From: a virus
Taxonomy: Duplodnaviria; Heunggongvirae; Uroviricota; Caudoviricetes
DNA: 64,000 nt
Reading direction: 5' to 3' (one strand)
IMG/VR virus record: IMGVR_UViG_3300024268_000012
Positions 56,396 through 63,762 of this stretch are shown piece by piece. The notes under the pieces were generated by a model that was not told where the DNA came from, searched no databases, and saw only the letters and a program-made list of their open reading frames with translations. Numbering within the stretch: the stretch's first letter is position 1; each line of letters opens with the position of its first letter. Both the position numbers and the translations under genes were made by a program.

Positions 56396-56869
56396 ATGAA
56401 CACTCTGCTTCTCACCTTCATCCTGCTGAACATCGCCAATGTTATCATTCAGACCGTCAAGAGCATTGCAACCATCAAATGCGGAAAAGGGGTCGCCGCG
56501 ATTGTTAACGCTGTTGCCTTCGGACTCTACACTGTGGTCACTGTCTACATGATGTGCGATTTGCCTCTTGCCACCAAGGCGCTGATTGTCGCAGGCTGTA
56601 ACCTTGTGGGTGTGTATGTGGTCAAGTATTTTGAAGAAAAGGCAAGAAAAGACAAACTCTGGAAAGTCGAAGTCACCATTCCTGCCGAACAAGCAGAACA
56701 GATGATTGAAGATTGCAAATACTATGGATTCACTTACAACTATGTGAACATCGAAAAGTATTTCTTGTTTAACTTCTATTGTCCCACTCAGCAGGACAGT
56801 CTGAATGTTAAGAAACTGTTACAGAGCTATGATGCAAAATACTTTGTGACTGAAAGCAAAAATTTGTGA
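56396..56869 (+). CDS. Membrane protein, DUF5698/DUF2179-like (157 aa)
   Basis: Three hydrophobic N-terminal helices (NIANVIIQTVKSIATIK..AAIVNAVAFGLY) plus a small C-terminal alpha/beta domain. Confidence 0.55.
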   Translation: MNTLLLTFILLNIANVIIQTVKSIATIKCGKGVAAIVNAVAFGLYTVVTVYMMCDLPLATKALIVAGCNLVGVYVVKYFEEKARKDKLWKVEVTIPAEQAEQMIEDCKYYGFTYNYVNIEKYFLFNFYCPTQQDSLNVKKLLQSYDAKYFVTESKNL

Positions 56870-56936
56870 GAAAGGGGTTGACAACCCCTCTCACATGTGG
56901 TATAATAAGTACATCAAAAGGAAAGAGGTAATGAAC

Positions 56937-57209
56937 ATGAGAGCAACTGGTATTGTAAGAAGAGTCGATGAACTGGGTCGCATTGTTATCCCCAAGGAAA
57001 TCCGCAGGAACCTGAACATCAAAGAGGGCGATCCCCTTGAGATGTATCTGGACAAGGAATACGGGCTTGTGATGAAGCCCTACCATGAAGAGCATCTGAG
57101 CTTTGACCGCCTGCAGTCTGAGTGGGAAAGCCTGAGCACCGCAAAGCGGCAGGAACTGATCTGCGAAATGGTGAACCACCTCGATGACCCCATCCGCTGT
57201 GAAGAGTGA
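56937..57209 (+). CDS. AbrB/MazE/SpoVT-family DNA-binding protein (90 aa)
   Basis: MRATGIVRRVDELGRIVIPKEIRRNLNIKEGDPLEMY is a near-canonical SpoVT/AbrB N-terminus. Confidence 0.9.
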   Translation: MRATGIVRRVDELGRIVIPKEIRRNLNIKEGDPLEMYLDKEYGLVMKPYHEEHLSFDRLQSEWESLSTAKRQELICEMVNHLDDPIRCEE

Positions 57210-57278
57210 CCGCAAGGTCACTCTTTTTTCGCCCGCGCGCCCACGAGCGTGGGCGCCGGTTTTCCCGCGTATCCTTCC

Positions 57279-57307
57279 ATTATACCATTTTTCGAGCAAT
57301 TTGTCAA
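57279..57307 (-). promoter_or_regulatory. Antisense sigma-A promoter
   Basis: TTGACA-17-TATAAT with TG extension on the minus strand, pointing back into the GC hairpin and the AbrB-like gene. Confidence 0.7.
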
Positions 57308-57696
57308 TAGGCAAACTGCACAAACTTTTTCCCGAAACTTTGTGCAATCTGTCAATAGACATTTGGGGTCTGATACTGTATAATAGATAATGTCAGGAGG
57401 GCACTGAGGTGATGCCGAGTGAAGCTGGTCGACAAAACTTCTTCAAAAAAAGTTTTGAAAAACCCTTGACAAAGCCGCCAAGATGTGATATACTGATAGT
57501 GTCAAGAGGGCAAGGAACTGCAAGAGGAACCCTTCGGCGCTGAAGCGCACAGGATAAAAACTCAAAAAAAAAGTTTCAAAAACCCCTTGACAAACACCGC
57601 AAGGTGTGGTACAATAAGGATGTCGAAAGGGCAAGGCGCCAGCCCCACTCGACAGTCACTAACACCAATCGACAAGAAAGAAAGAGGTAATGAATC

Positions 57697-58050
57697 ATGG
57701 AAAAGATGACTTATGTGAAGGCTCTGGAAGTTGCTCTGAACTGCGAAGCTCTGTCTGCCGAAGTGCGTGAGAAGCTGTCTGCTCTGCGTGACCAGCAGGT
57801 CAAGCGTAACTCTGCGGAGAAGAAGCCCACCAAGACCCAGCAGGCGAATGAGGGCGTGAAGTCCCATGTGCTGGAAGTGCTGGCTTCCTGCGCCCAGCCT
57901 GTGACTGTGTCTGAACTGATGCAGGCTGATGAAGAGCTGTCCCAGCTCTCCAATCAGAAGGTCGCTTCGCTGGTTCGCCAGCTGGTGGAAGCTGGCAAGG
58001 TTCAGCGACTGGAAGAGAAGCGCAAGGCTTACTTCACTCTGGTGAAGTGA
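57697..58050 (+). CDS. Winged-helix DNA-binding protein, paralogue 2 (117 aa)
   Basis: Same LSNQKVASLVRQLVEAGKVQRLEEKRKAYF motif; promoter 57587. Confidence 0.75.
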   Translation: MEKMTYVKALEVALNCEALSAEVREKLSALRDQQVKRNSAEKKPTKTQQANEGVKSHVLEVLASCAQPVTVSELMQADEELSQLSNQKVASLVRQLVEAGKVQRLEEKRKAYFTLVK

Positions 58051-58183
58051 CCTTGCGGGGCAGGGGTAAAACCCTGCCCCATCTTCCCGAAAAAAAGTTT
58101 CAAAAAGGTATTGACAAACAGCCCAACATCTGCTATAATAGATAATGTCGAAAGGCAATAGAACAAGAAAGAGGTAATGCAAA

Positions 58184-58840
58184 ATGAATCGCCACTTCTA
58201 CATTCTGATGGATACTGAAACTGCCAACGGTCTGGATTGCCCCATCAACTACAATACCGCATGGTCTGTAATTGACCAGCACGGCAACACCTACGAAAAC
58301 TTCAATTTCATCAACCGCGACATTTTCTTTGACCGTCCCGAACTCATGCAGTCCGCATACTACGCCCACAAGATTCCGCAGTATCTTGAACAGATTGAAC
58401 GCGGCGAAATCAAGGTTGCAACGTGGTACGAAATCCGCAAGGCGTTCCGCGACTGTTGCGAAAAGTACAACATCAAGGCAGTTATCGCCCACAATGCCCG
58501 ATTCGACTATCGCTCCTGCACGATGACCCAGCGTTACGAAACCTGCTCCAAGTATCGCTACTTCTTCCCGAAGGGCGTTGAAATTTGGGACACGCTGGCA
58601 ATGGCTCGTGATGTGGTCGCCCCGATGCCCACTTACCGCAAGTGGTGCGAAACCAACGGTTTCACCTTGAAGAACGGACAGCCCCGACTGACCGCCGAAA
58701 TCCTGTTCCGCTTCATCTCCAAGGACATTGACTTTGTGGAAGAACACAAGGCAATGGAAGATGTGAACATCGAAAAGGAAATCTTTTGGTACTGCATCCG
58801 CAAGCACAAGGCAATGCGTCGAAAGGCTTTCAAGGACTGA
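58184..58840 (+). CDS. DEDDh 3'-5' exonuclease (218 aa)
   Basis: ExoI ILMDTETAN, ExoII IAHNARFD, WDTLAMA, ExoIII HKAMEDV. Confidence 0.85.
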   Translation: MNRHFYILMDTETANGLDCPINYNTAWSVIDQHGNTYENFNFINRDIFFDRPELMQSAYYAHKIPQYLEQIERGEIKVATWYEIRKAFRDCCEKYNIKAVIAHNARFDYRSCTMTQRYETCSKYRYFFPKGVEIWDTLAMARDVVAPMPTYRKWCETNGFTLKNGQPRLTAEILFRFISKDIDFVEEHKAMEDVNIEKEIFWYCIRKHKAMRRKAFKD

Positions 58841-58908
58841 AAAAGTCCTTGACAGCCGCCCCAAAGTGTGATATAATAAGTACATCAAAAGGAAAGAGGT
58901 AATTGACC

Positions 58909-59145
58909 ATGACTCAGTTTCAGTATGAAGTAAATGTTTACGAAGAAGACCACGTCCTGTCCTGCAAGACCAACAATCCCCGCACCGCCTGCCAGTTTAT
59001 GCTGGATCATGCCGACTGCTATCTTGATGTCATCAACGGTTTTACTGGTGAAGTGCTCGCTGTGATGAACCATGAGAATGCTTACTGTCAAGAGGATTTC
59101 GGGCTGATGCTTCTCGGCTATATGACCGAAACAATTTGGGGCTGA
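58909..59145 (+). CDS. Hypothetical protein (78 aa)
   Basis: Own promoter (58849), SD AAGAGG, followed by a TTCG-loop terminator. Confidence 0.7.
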   Translation: MTQFQYEVNVYEEDHVLSCKTNNPRTACQFMLDHADCYLDVINGFTGEVLAVMNHENAYCQEDFGLMLLGYMTETIWG

Positions 59146-59415
59146 CCCTTCGGGGTTGGCTCTTTTCTTTTGAGCCGGTCGTGCGCGGGCCACACGACCG
59201 GTTTTTCCGCAATGGGCAGATCTACCAAGAAATTCGCTGAAAATTTGTGCATTTTGCCAATAGACATTTTATCCCGAAAGTGGTATACTAATAATGTCAG
59301 GAGGGGAGGCCAAGAAACCGAGAGGCGGCCGACTCTCAGGAAGTAGAGGAAGAAAACTTGAAAAAAAGTTTCCGAAACCTCTTGACAAACCACTGACCCT
59401 GTGGTATAATAAGGG

Positions 59416-59515
59416 TGTCAGGTGAGGGAAGCAACTGACAGTCGCTTAGCCAAGGTAGCCTGCGGAGTGGGTGCGCAACACTCCATGGTTAGACCCTGTG
59501 CAAGCGAAGCGAAAA
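59416..59515 (+). ncRNA. Candidate small structured RNA (ORF-less cassette)
   Basis: Between promoters 59382 and 59534 with no SD-led ORF. Nested pairings TCGCTT/AAGCGA, TAGCCA/TGGTTA and GGAGTG/CACTCC. Confidence 0.45.
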
Positions 59516-59607
59516 AAAAGTTTGCGAAACCCCTTGACAAACAACTGAATAGGTGCTATAATAAGAGTGTCCTAAGGGACAAGACAAAAAGAAAGAGGTA
59601 ATGAATC

Positions 59608-60015
59608 ATGATGAAGTTCACTAAGAAGGTTGCTCTGGAAGTCGCTATCAATGCTATCGAGAACTCCACCCTGCCCAACTGGTCTTTCACTGAGGGCGAG
59701 GAAACCCTGACCATCTCCAAAGCGGAAGCCATCGAGAAGCTCCAGAAGATGATTGAGCAGTTGGAGGCTAAGTCCAACGCTCCCAAGAAGCCCACTAAGG
59801 TGCAGGAAGCCAACGAGGGTGTCAAGGACATCATCAAGGCTGTGCTGGAAGGTCAGTCCCCCATGACTGTCTCCGAAATCATGACCCACTCTGCGGAACT
59901 GAGTGCCCTGTCCAACCAGAAGGTCGCCTCTCTGGTGCGCCAGATGGTCGAGGCTGGCGTGCTGGTTCGCACTGAGGAAAAGCGCAAGGCTTTCTTCGCC
60001 CTCGCTCAGGGCTGA
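59608..60015 (+). CDS. Winged-helix DNA-binding protein, paralogue 3 (135 aa)
   Basis: LSNQKVASLVRQMVEAGVLVRTEEKRKAFF; followed by terminator GAGACCCC-GAAA-GGGGTCTC-TTTTT. Confidence 0.75.
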   Translation: MMKFTKKVALEVAINAIENSTLPNWSFTEGEETLTISKAEAIEKLQKMIEQLEAKSNAPKKPTKVQEANEGVKDIIKAVLEGQSPMTVSEIMTHSAELSALSNQKVASLVRQMVEAGVLVRTEEKRKAFFALAQG

Positions 60016-60192
60016 GCCTGAGACCCCGAAAGGGGTCTCTTTTTCTTGGGCTGCTCGCGGACGGGCGCCGCGAGCAGTTTTCCGCGATACACTAGACCCA
60101 CCGAAAAATTTTCTTGAAAAATCGGCATTTTAGGGGTTGACAGATTATCCCGAATCTGATATAATAGAACCATCGAAAGGAGCTGATCTGAA

Positions 60193-60333
60193 ATGTTCAC
60201 CTGTCCTGCACTCTGTATCCTTGGTCTGGTTCTCTCTATGTGGGGATTCATCTGGGGTATCTTCTTCCAGGAATTCCTGTGGCTGTGTGTAGCTGGTTTT
60301 GCGCTGGGCTGGATGTTTTCTAAAGATTGTTGA
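60193..60333 (+). CDS. Small two-helix membrane peptide (46 aa)
   Basis: Own promoter (60137), SD GAAAGGAG. MFTCPALCILGLVLSMWGFIWGIFFQEFLWLCVAGFALGWMFSKDC; below the track length cutoff. Confidence 0.65.
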   Translation: MFTCPALCILGLVLSMWGFIWGIFFQEFLWLCVAGFALGWMFSKDC

Positions 60334-60396
60334 AATTAGGGGTTGACAAACTGCCCCAACTGTGTTATAATAATAATGTCGAAAGGAGCTGATAGC

Positions 60397-60870
60397 ATGG
60401 AGTTCAAGGAAGCTATCAAGGCTTACGCTAAAATGATGGGCGTAAGCGAATCGGAAGCGAAGCAGGATGCCGAAGCTACCATCAAAATGTGGATGACCAC
60501 CGAAGGCATGACAAGGGAATTTGCGGAAGCCAGCTGGATTGAAGAGCAGGAAGATGCAGACCCCGAATTGCTGAAACAGATGGAAAAGCAGGCGAAGGAA
60601 TCTGGCGCAACAAAGGTCAAGGCAAAGCGTGCCCCGAATTACAGTCTGGAAGGACAGAAAAAGCGGGAACGCAAGCCCAACGAAGAAAAGCGTTCACTGA
60701 TTGAACAAATCGCCAATGCAATGGAAAGTTTTCATCACATGGATGAAGAAATTCCTGCTTCTGGTGTGGATTTGGTCGAAATTGTGAATCCTGAACGAGA
60801 AATCACCTTCAAAATTGGTGAAAATTGCTACAGTGTGACCCTTACCTGCCATCGCAAGCCGAAAAAATGA
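60397..60870 (+). CDS. Hypothetical protein, RERKPNE family copy 2 (157 aa)
   Basis: ATG after GAAAGGAG; shares RERKPNE.KR.L and VNPER...F..G..YSVTLT.HR.PK with 53585. Confidence 0.75.
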   Translation: MEFKEAIKAYAKMMGVSESEAKQDAEATIKMWMTTEGMTREFAEASWIEEQEDADPELLKQMEKQAKESGATKVKAKRAPNYSLEGQKKRERKPNEEKRSLIEQIANAMESFHHMDEEIPASGVDLVEIVNPEREITFKIGENCYSVTLTCHRKPKK

Positions 60871-61787
60871 CAAAATGGGCGAGAAATCGCCCATTTTTTG
60901 CTGTTTTTGTCCGGTTTTGTGCGGTTTTACTAGAAAAATCGCATAATTTTTGTTGATTTTGCCTATTGACAAATGCGGCGGGCTGTGGTATAATAATAGA
61001 GGGGAGTTGAGCGGGCCGGTCGCGGGCGATCCGGACCGAATTTCCCGATCGGACCTGTATATGCAAATTTTTCTCTTGAATGCAACTATATGCAACTAAT
61101 TACCTTGAATCCCGAAACCCCGGTCGGGCCCCGCCGATCGGATAACCGATCGGCTATCATATGCGCTCGTGCGCGGTGAAAGCGATTCCTCCAGCGCCTC
61201 ACAAATCAATTCTCTCTGCCCCTCAGCGTAGATCGAACATACCCCGCGCGTTCTCTGGAACATGCATATGCTGCGGAATTTGACAAATTGAATTAAATAT
61301 GATATAATATTTAAAAAAGGCACCTCCGCCGACCGGGAAATTGACAACATAATTTTTTTATGATATAATAAAAGTAGAAGGATATAGGCCGACCGGAAAG
61401 TCGGCAACAAGAGGAAGGAGATTTGACAAATAAACAAATATATGATATAATACGGTGGGGCATATTTTTACCGATCGGTAATAGATCAAGAGGAGCAAGA
61501 GTAAAGAATAGCAAGTGGACGGGCTGGCATATGCGGCATAATATATTGAACTTAATTACGGACACGAGGACGGATAAATGAGTAGAGTAGTCTAGGCCCG
61601 ATCGGGCCACCCCACTTCCAGAATTTTCCCAGTTTTTACAATTTTATCTATCCTCATCTTCTCTCCCTTGATTTTTATAAAAAAATTTGCTATAATATAT
61701 ATGTAAAGAATGAGGGAATCGCTTCGCTCTTCCCTCTATCCAATCCTGGGGTCGCTCCCCAGTGAATATCGAAAGGAGACTCCTTAC

Positions 61788-62393
61788 ATGAATACTTACG
61801 AGAATGAAATGATGGCTATGCTTCGTCAGGGTATGTCTATGGACGAGGTTATGAACAAGATGCGCACTCAGCTGGCCAATGCACAGGCCCAGATCAAGGC
61901 TGAAGAGGAAGCTAAGCGTAAGCAGGCTGAAGCTAAGCGCAAGGCCGATAATGAGACCAAGGCTCAGACTCTGGTTGATCTTTGCAACCGTGCAATGGAG
62001 AATAAGCTGACCGCAGCCGATGTCGCTTATGTGCAGCAGCTCTATGCTACTCAGAAGTATCCTGAGCATGCTCGCATGTTCGCTCAGATGTTTGATGCCA
62101 ATGAAGTGGATTCCACTATCAAGATGGCAGTTGGCACTATGAGCGCTCTGACTCCTCTGGTCCATCTGGCTGGTGCCAAGGATTGGGATGAAGTTCTTGA
62201 TGAACTTGATGCCAAGGAAATCAAGAATGCTCACGCTCAAGCCAATGCAAAAGTGGATGAAGATCTGAAGGAAATGCAGGACCTCTTCGGGCTTCTCTTT
62301 GGCCAGGCAAAGCCTGTCCAGAAGCCCGCTCAGCCTACTCCCAAGTCTGACGACACCATTCTGCGCGACTTCGTAAATTCCATCAATAAGTGA
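61788..62393 (+). CDS. Hypothetical helical protein (201 aa)
   Basis: ATG after AAAGGAG; promoter at 61668; optimised codons. Confidence 0.75.
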   Translation: MNTYENEMMAMLRQGMSMDEVMNKMRTQLANAQAQIKAEEEAKRKQAEAKRKADNETKAQTLVDLCNRAMENKLTAADVAYVQQLYATQKYPEHARMFAQMFDANEVDSTIKMAVGTMSALTPLVHLAGAKDWDEVLDELDAKEIKNAHAQANAKVDEDLKEMQDLFGLLFGQAKPVQKPAQPTPKSDDTILRDFVNSINK

Positions 62394-62394
62394 A

Positions 62395-62460
62395 AGAAGG
62401 GCTAACGCCCTTCTTTCTTTTTTTATATAAATAAGAAAAAGGGAGGCTAATGCCTCCCTT
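62395..62460. terminator. Convergent pair of intrinsic terminators
   Basis: AAGAAGGGC-TAAC-GCCCTTCTT plus T-run (+ strand) and AAGGGAGGC-TAAT-GCCTCCCTT with an A-run to its left (- strand). Confidence 0.8.
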
Positions 62461-62920
62461 ATACCTTGCGCTTACCATATTTCTTGGCTTTCTCTTTTCC
62501 TTCATTCACAAGTTCTTGCAATCTTGCTGCTCCATCAGATTCATAATTTGCAAGATTCTCTTCACTCTCTCGAATAAGAGCCATCAATTTCTTCTCACCC
62601 TGTGCAAATAGAGCTTCAACAGTCGCTCTCTCAGTTACAACAGTAGAAGTCTGCTTTGCAGCCTCCTCTTTCTTATTGCCACGAATCGCAGTACCATATA
62701 CAATACTATAATGCAGTGGCTTCAAGTCATCTACAGACTTCAGATTAGGAGTAACCTGACCAATTATCATACCACCATTAATCAGTCTACGATCTTCACC
62801 AATCATCCACATAATATCATTGCGCGCTCTTCCCTGTTCACTAATCTCAAACAGAAACTCTCTCTTCGGGATTACATAAACTTCCTTACCTCTATAAGCA
62901 CCAAGACAATCATATGCCAT
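62459..62920 (-). CDS. Hypothetical protein (153 aa)
   Basis: ATG after AAGGAGG; TAA stop at the terminator. Confidence 0.75.
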   Translation of the reverse strand: MAYDCLGAYRGKEVYVIPKREFLFEISEQGRARNDIMWMIGEDRRLINGGMIIGQVTPNLKSVDDLKPLHYSIVYGTAIRGNKKEEAAKQTSTVVTERATVEALFAQGEKKLMALIRESEENLANYESDGAARLQELVNEGKEKAKKYGKRKV

Positions 62921-63042
62921 AACTCATTTTCCTCCTTAAATTTGAGTTTTGAAATCATTTTTTCATTTGTTCCTCGCACCATGCGATTTTGAAATCATTT
63001 TTTGAAAACATTGCCCCACTTATATACGAGGCGGGCGTATAA

Positions 63043-63085
63043 GGTATGGTATACCTCGGAGCGAAGCGGAGAGGTATACCATACC
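63043..63085. repeat. Perfect 15-bp inverted repeat with GCGAAGC in the loop
   Basis: GGTATGGTATACCTC-ggagcgaagcgga-GAGGTATACCATACC. Confidence 0.9.
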
Positions 63086-63168
63086 GCCTATTTTATTCTA
63101 TTCTATAGGTTACTATTTTTTGTACAAAACTCAGAAATTTTTGTACATTTCATCTAAAATCCGATCGG

Positions 63169-63762
63169 TCACTCGGGCAACACATTAGATACTTTGGTAA
63201 TCACAATATTCGTCTTATCATATTCTACTTGCTGCAATTCATATGTAATCAATCCTAATCTCCGCAAGATATCAAGGATATCATTGATTACAACATTATT
63301 AGAAGTAGTTGATGTTGCTAAGCCAATGCGATTCTTTAACTCTTTATGAGTTACAACAAATGATGTTTCACCATTGCCTAAATAACGATTCAAGAGATAG
63401 ACAAATAGGTTTACAGTATTGCGGTTTAAAGAGTTTACAAGCTGTCTCAAAGTAGTAAATGGAACCAACATTGCAGAAGATGCTTGCAACTCTTTTAAGA
63501 TATATACTTTTCTATCGTCATCTTCTTCTAATAGACCCATTTTTACCAATTGTTTTACATATTTAGATGCGCTACGACGATCCATTCCAGTTTCATTACC
63601 AATATTTACAAATGTAGCAACTTTATATGAAACGCTTCTTGCATCTTGACTATCCCAATCAGATTTACATTGAAACCATGCATAAACTAAATCACAATAA
63701 TTTCTATCTGCCATAATCCCAGCTTCCTTCGGAACTTGTCTTGAATTCTTCTAAATGTTCAA
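63169..63762 (-). CDS. Tandem winged-helix protein, replication-initiator/regulator-like (197 aa; TAG at codon 4)
   Basis: Strong SD GGGAGGAGG precedes TTG 63762: TTG AAC ATT TAG AAG AAT TCA AGA CAA..., in frame with the track ATG 63714. HTH motifs NIGNETGMDRRSASKYVKQLVKMGLL and HKELKNRIG..NDILDILRRLGLI. Confidence 0.65.

Larger units (their letters stand above)
50645..61696 (+). repeat. Array of ~27 sigma-A promoters with conserved flanks (promoter-cassette repeats)
   Basis: -35 boxes at 50645, 51085, 51576, 52844, 53531, 54041, 54557, 55007, 55357, 55758, 55915, 56335, 56878, 57356, 57466, 57587, 58111, 58849, 59261, 59382, 59534, 60137, 60343, 60966, 61280, 61341 and 61423 (TTGACA, or TAGACA at 57356 and 59261), plus TTGATT at 61668. 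Each has exactly 17 nt to TATAAT/TATACT/TACAAT, and most have an upstream A-tract and a shared GTCGAAAGG..GAAAGAGGTAAT-type leader. Confidence 0.9.

Noticed and set aside
50359-60251. Minus-strand ORFs across the early array (e.g. 50359-51048, 54331-54975, 57562-58182, 58133-58888)
   Set aside because: They span several plus-strand promoters and genes, lack SD sites and reflect stop-codon scarcity opposite GC-rich optimised codons.
50600-61700. CRISPR array
   Set aside because: Repeats are degenerate promoter/leader sequences separated by 100-700 bp containing genes, not identical ~30-bp repeats with uniform spacers; no cas genes are present.
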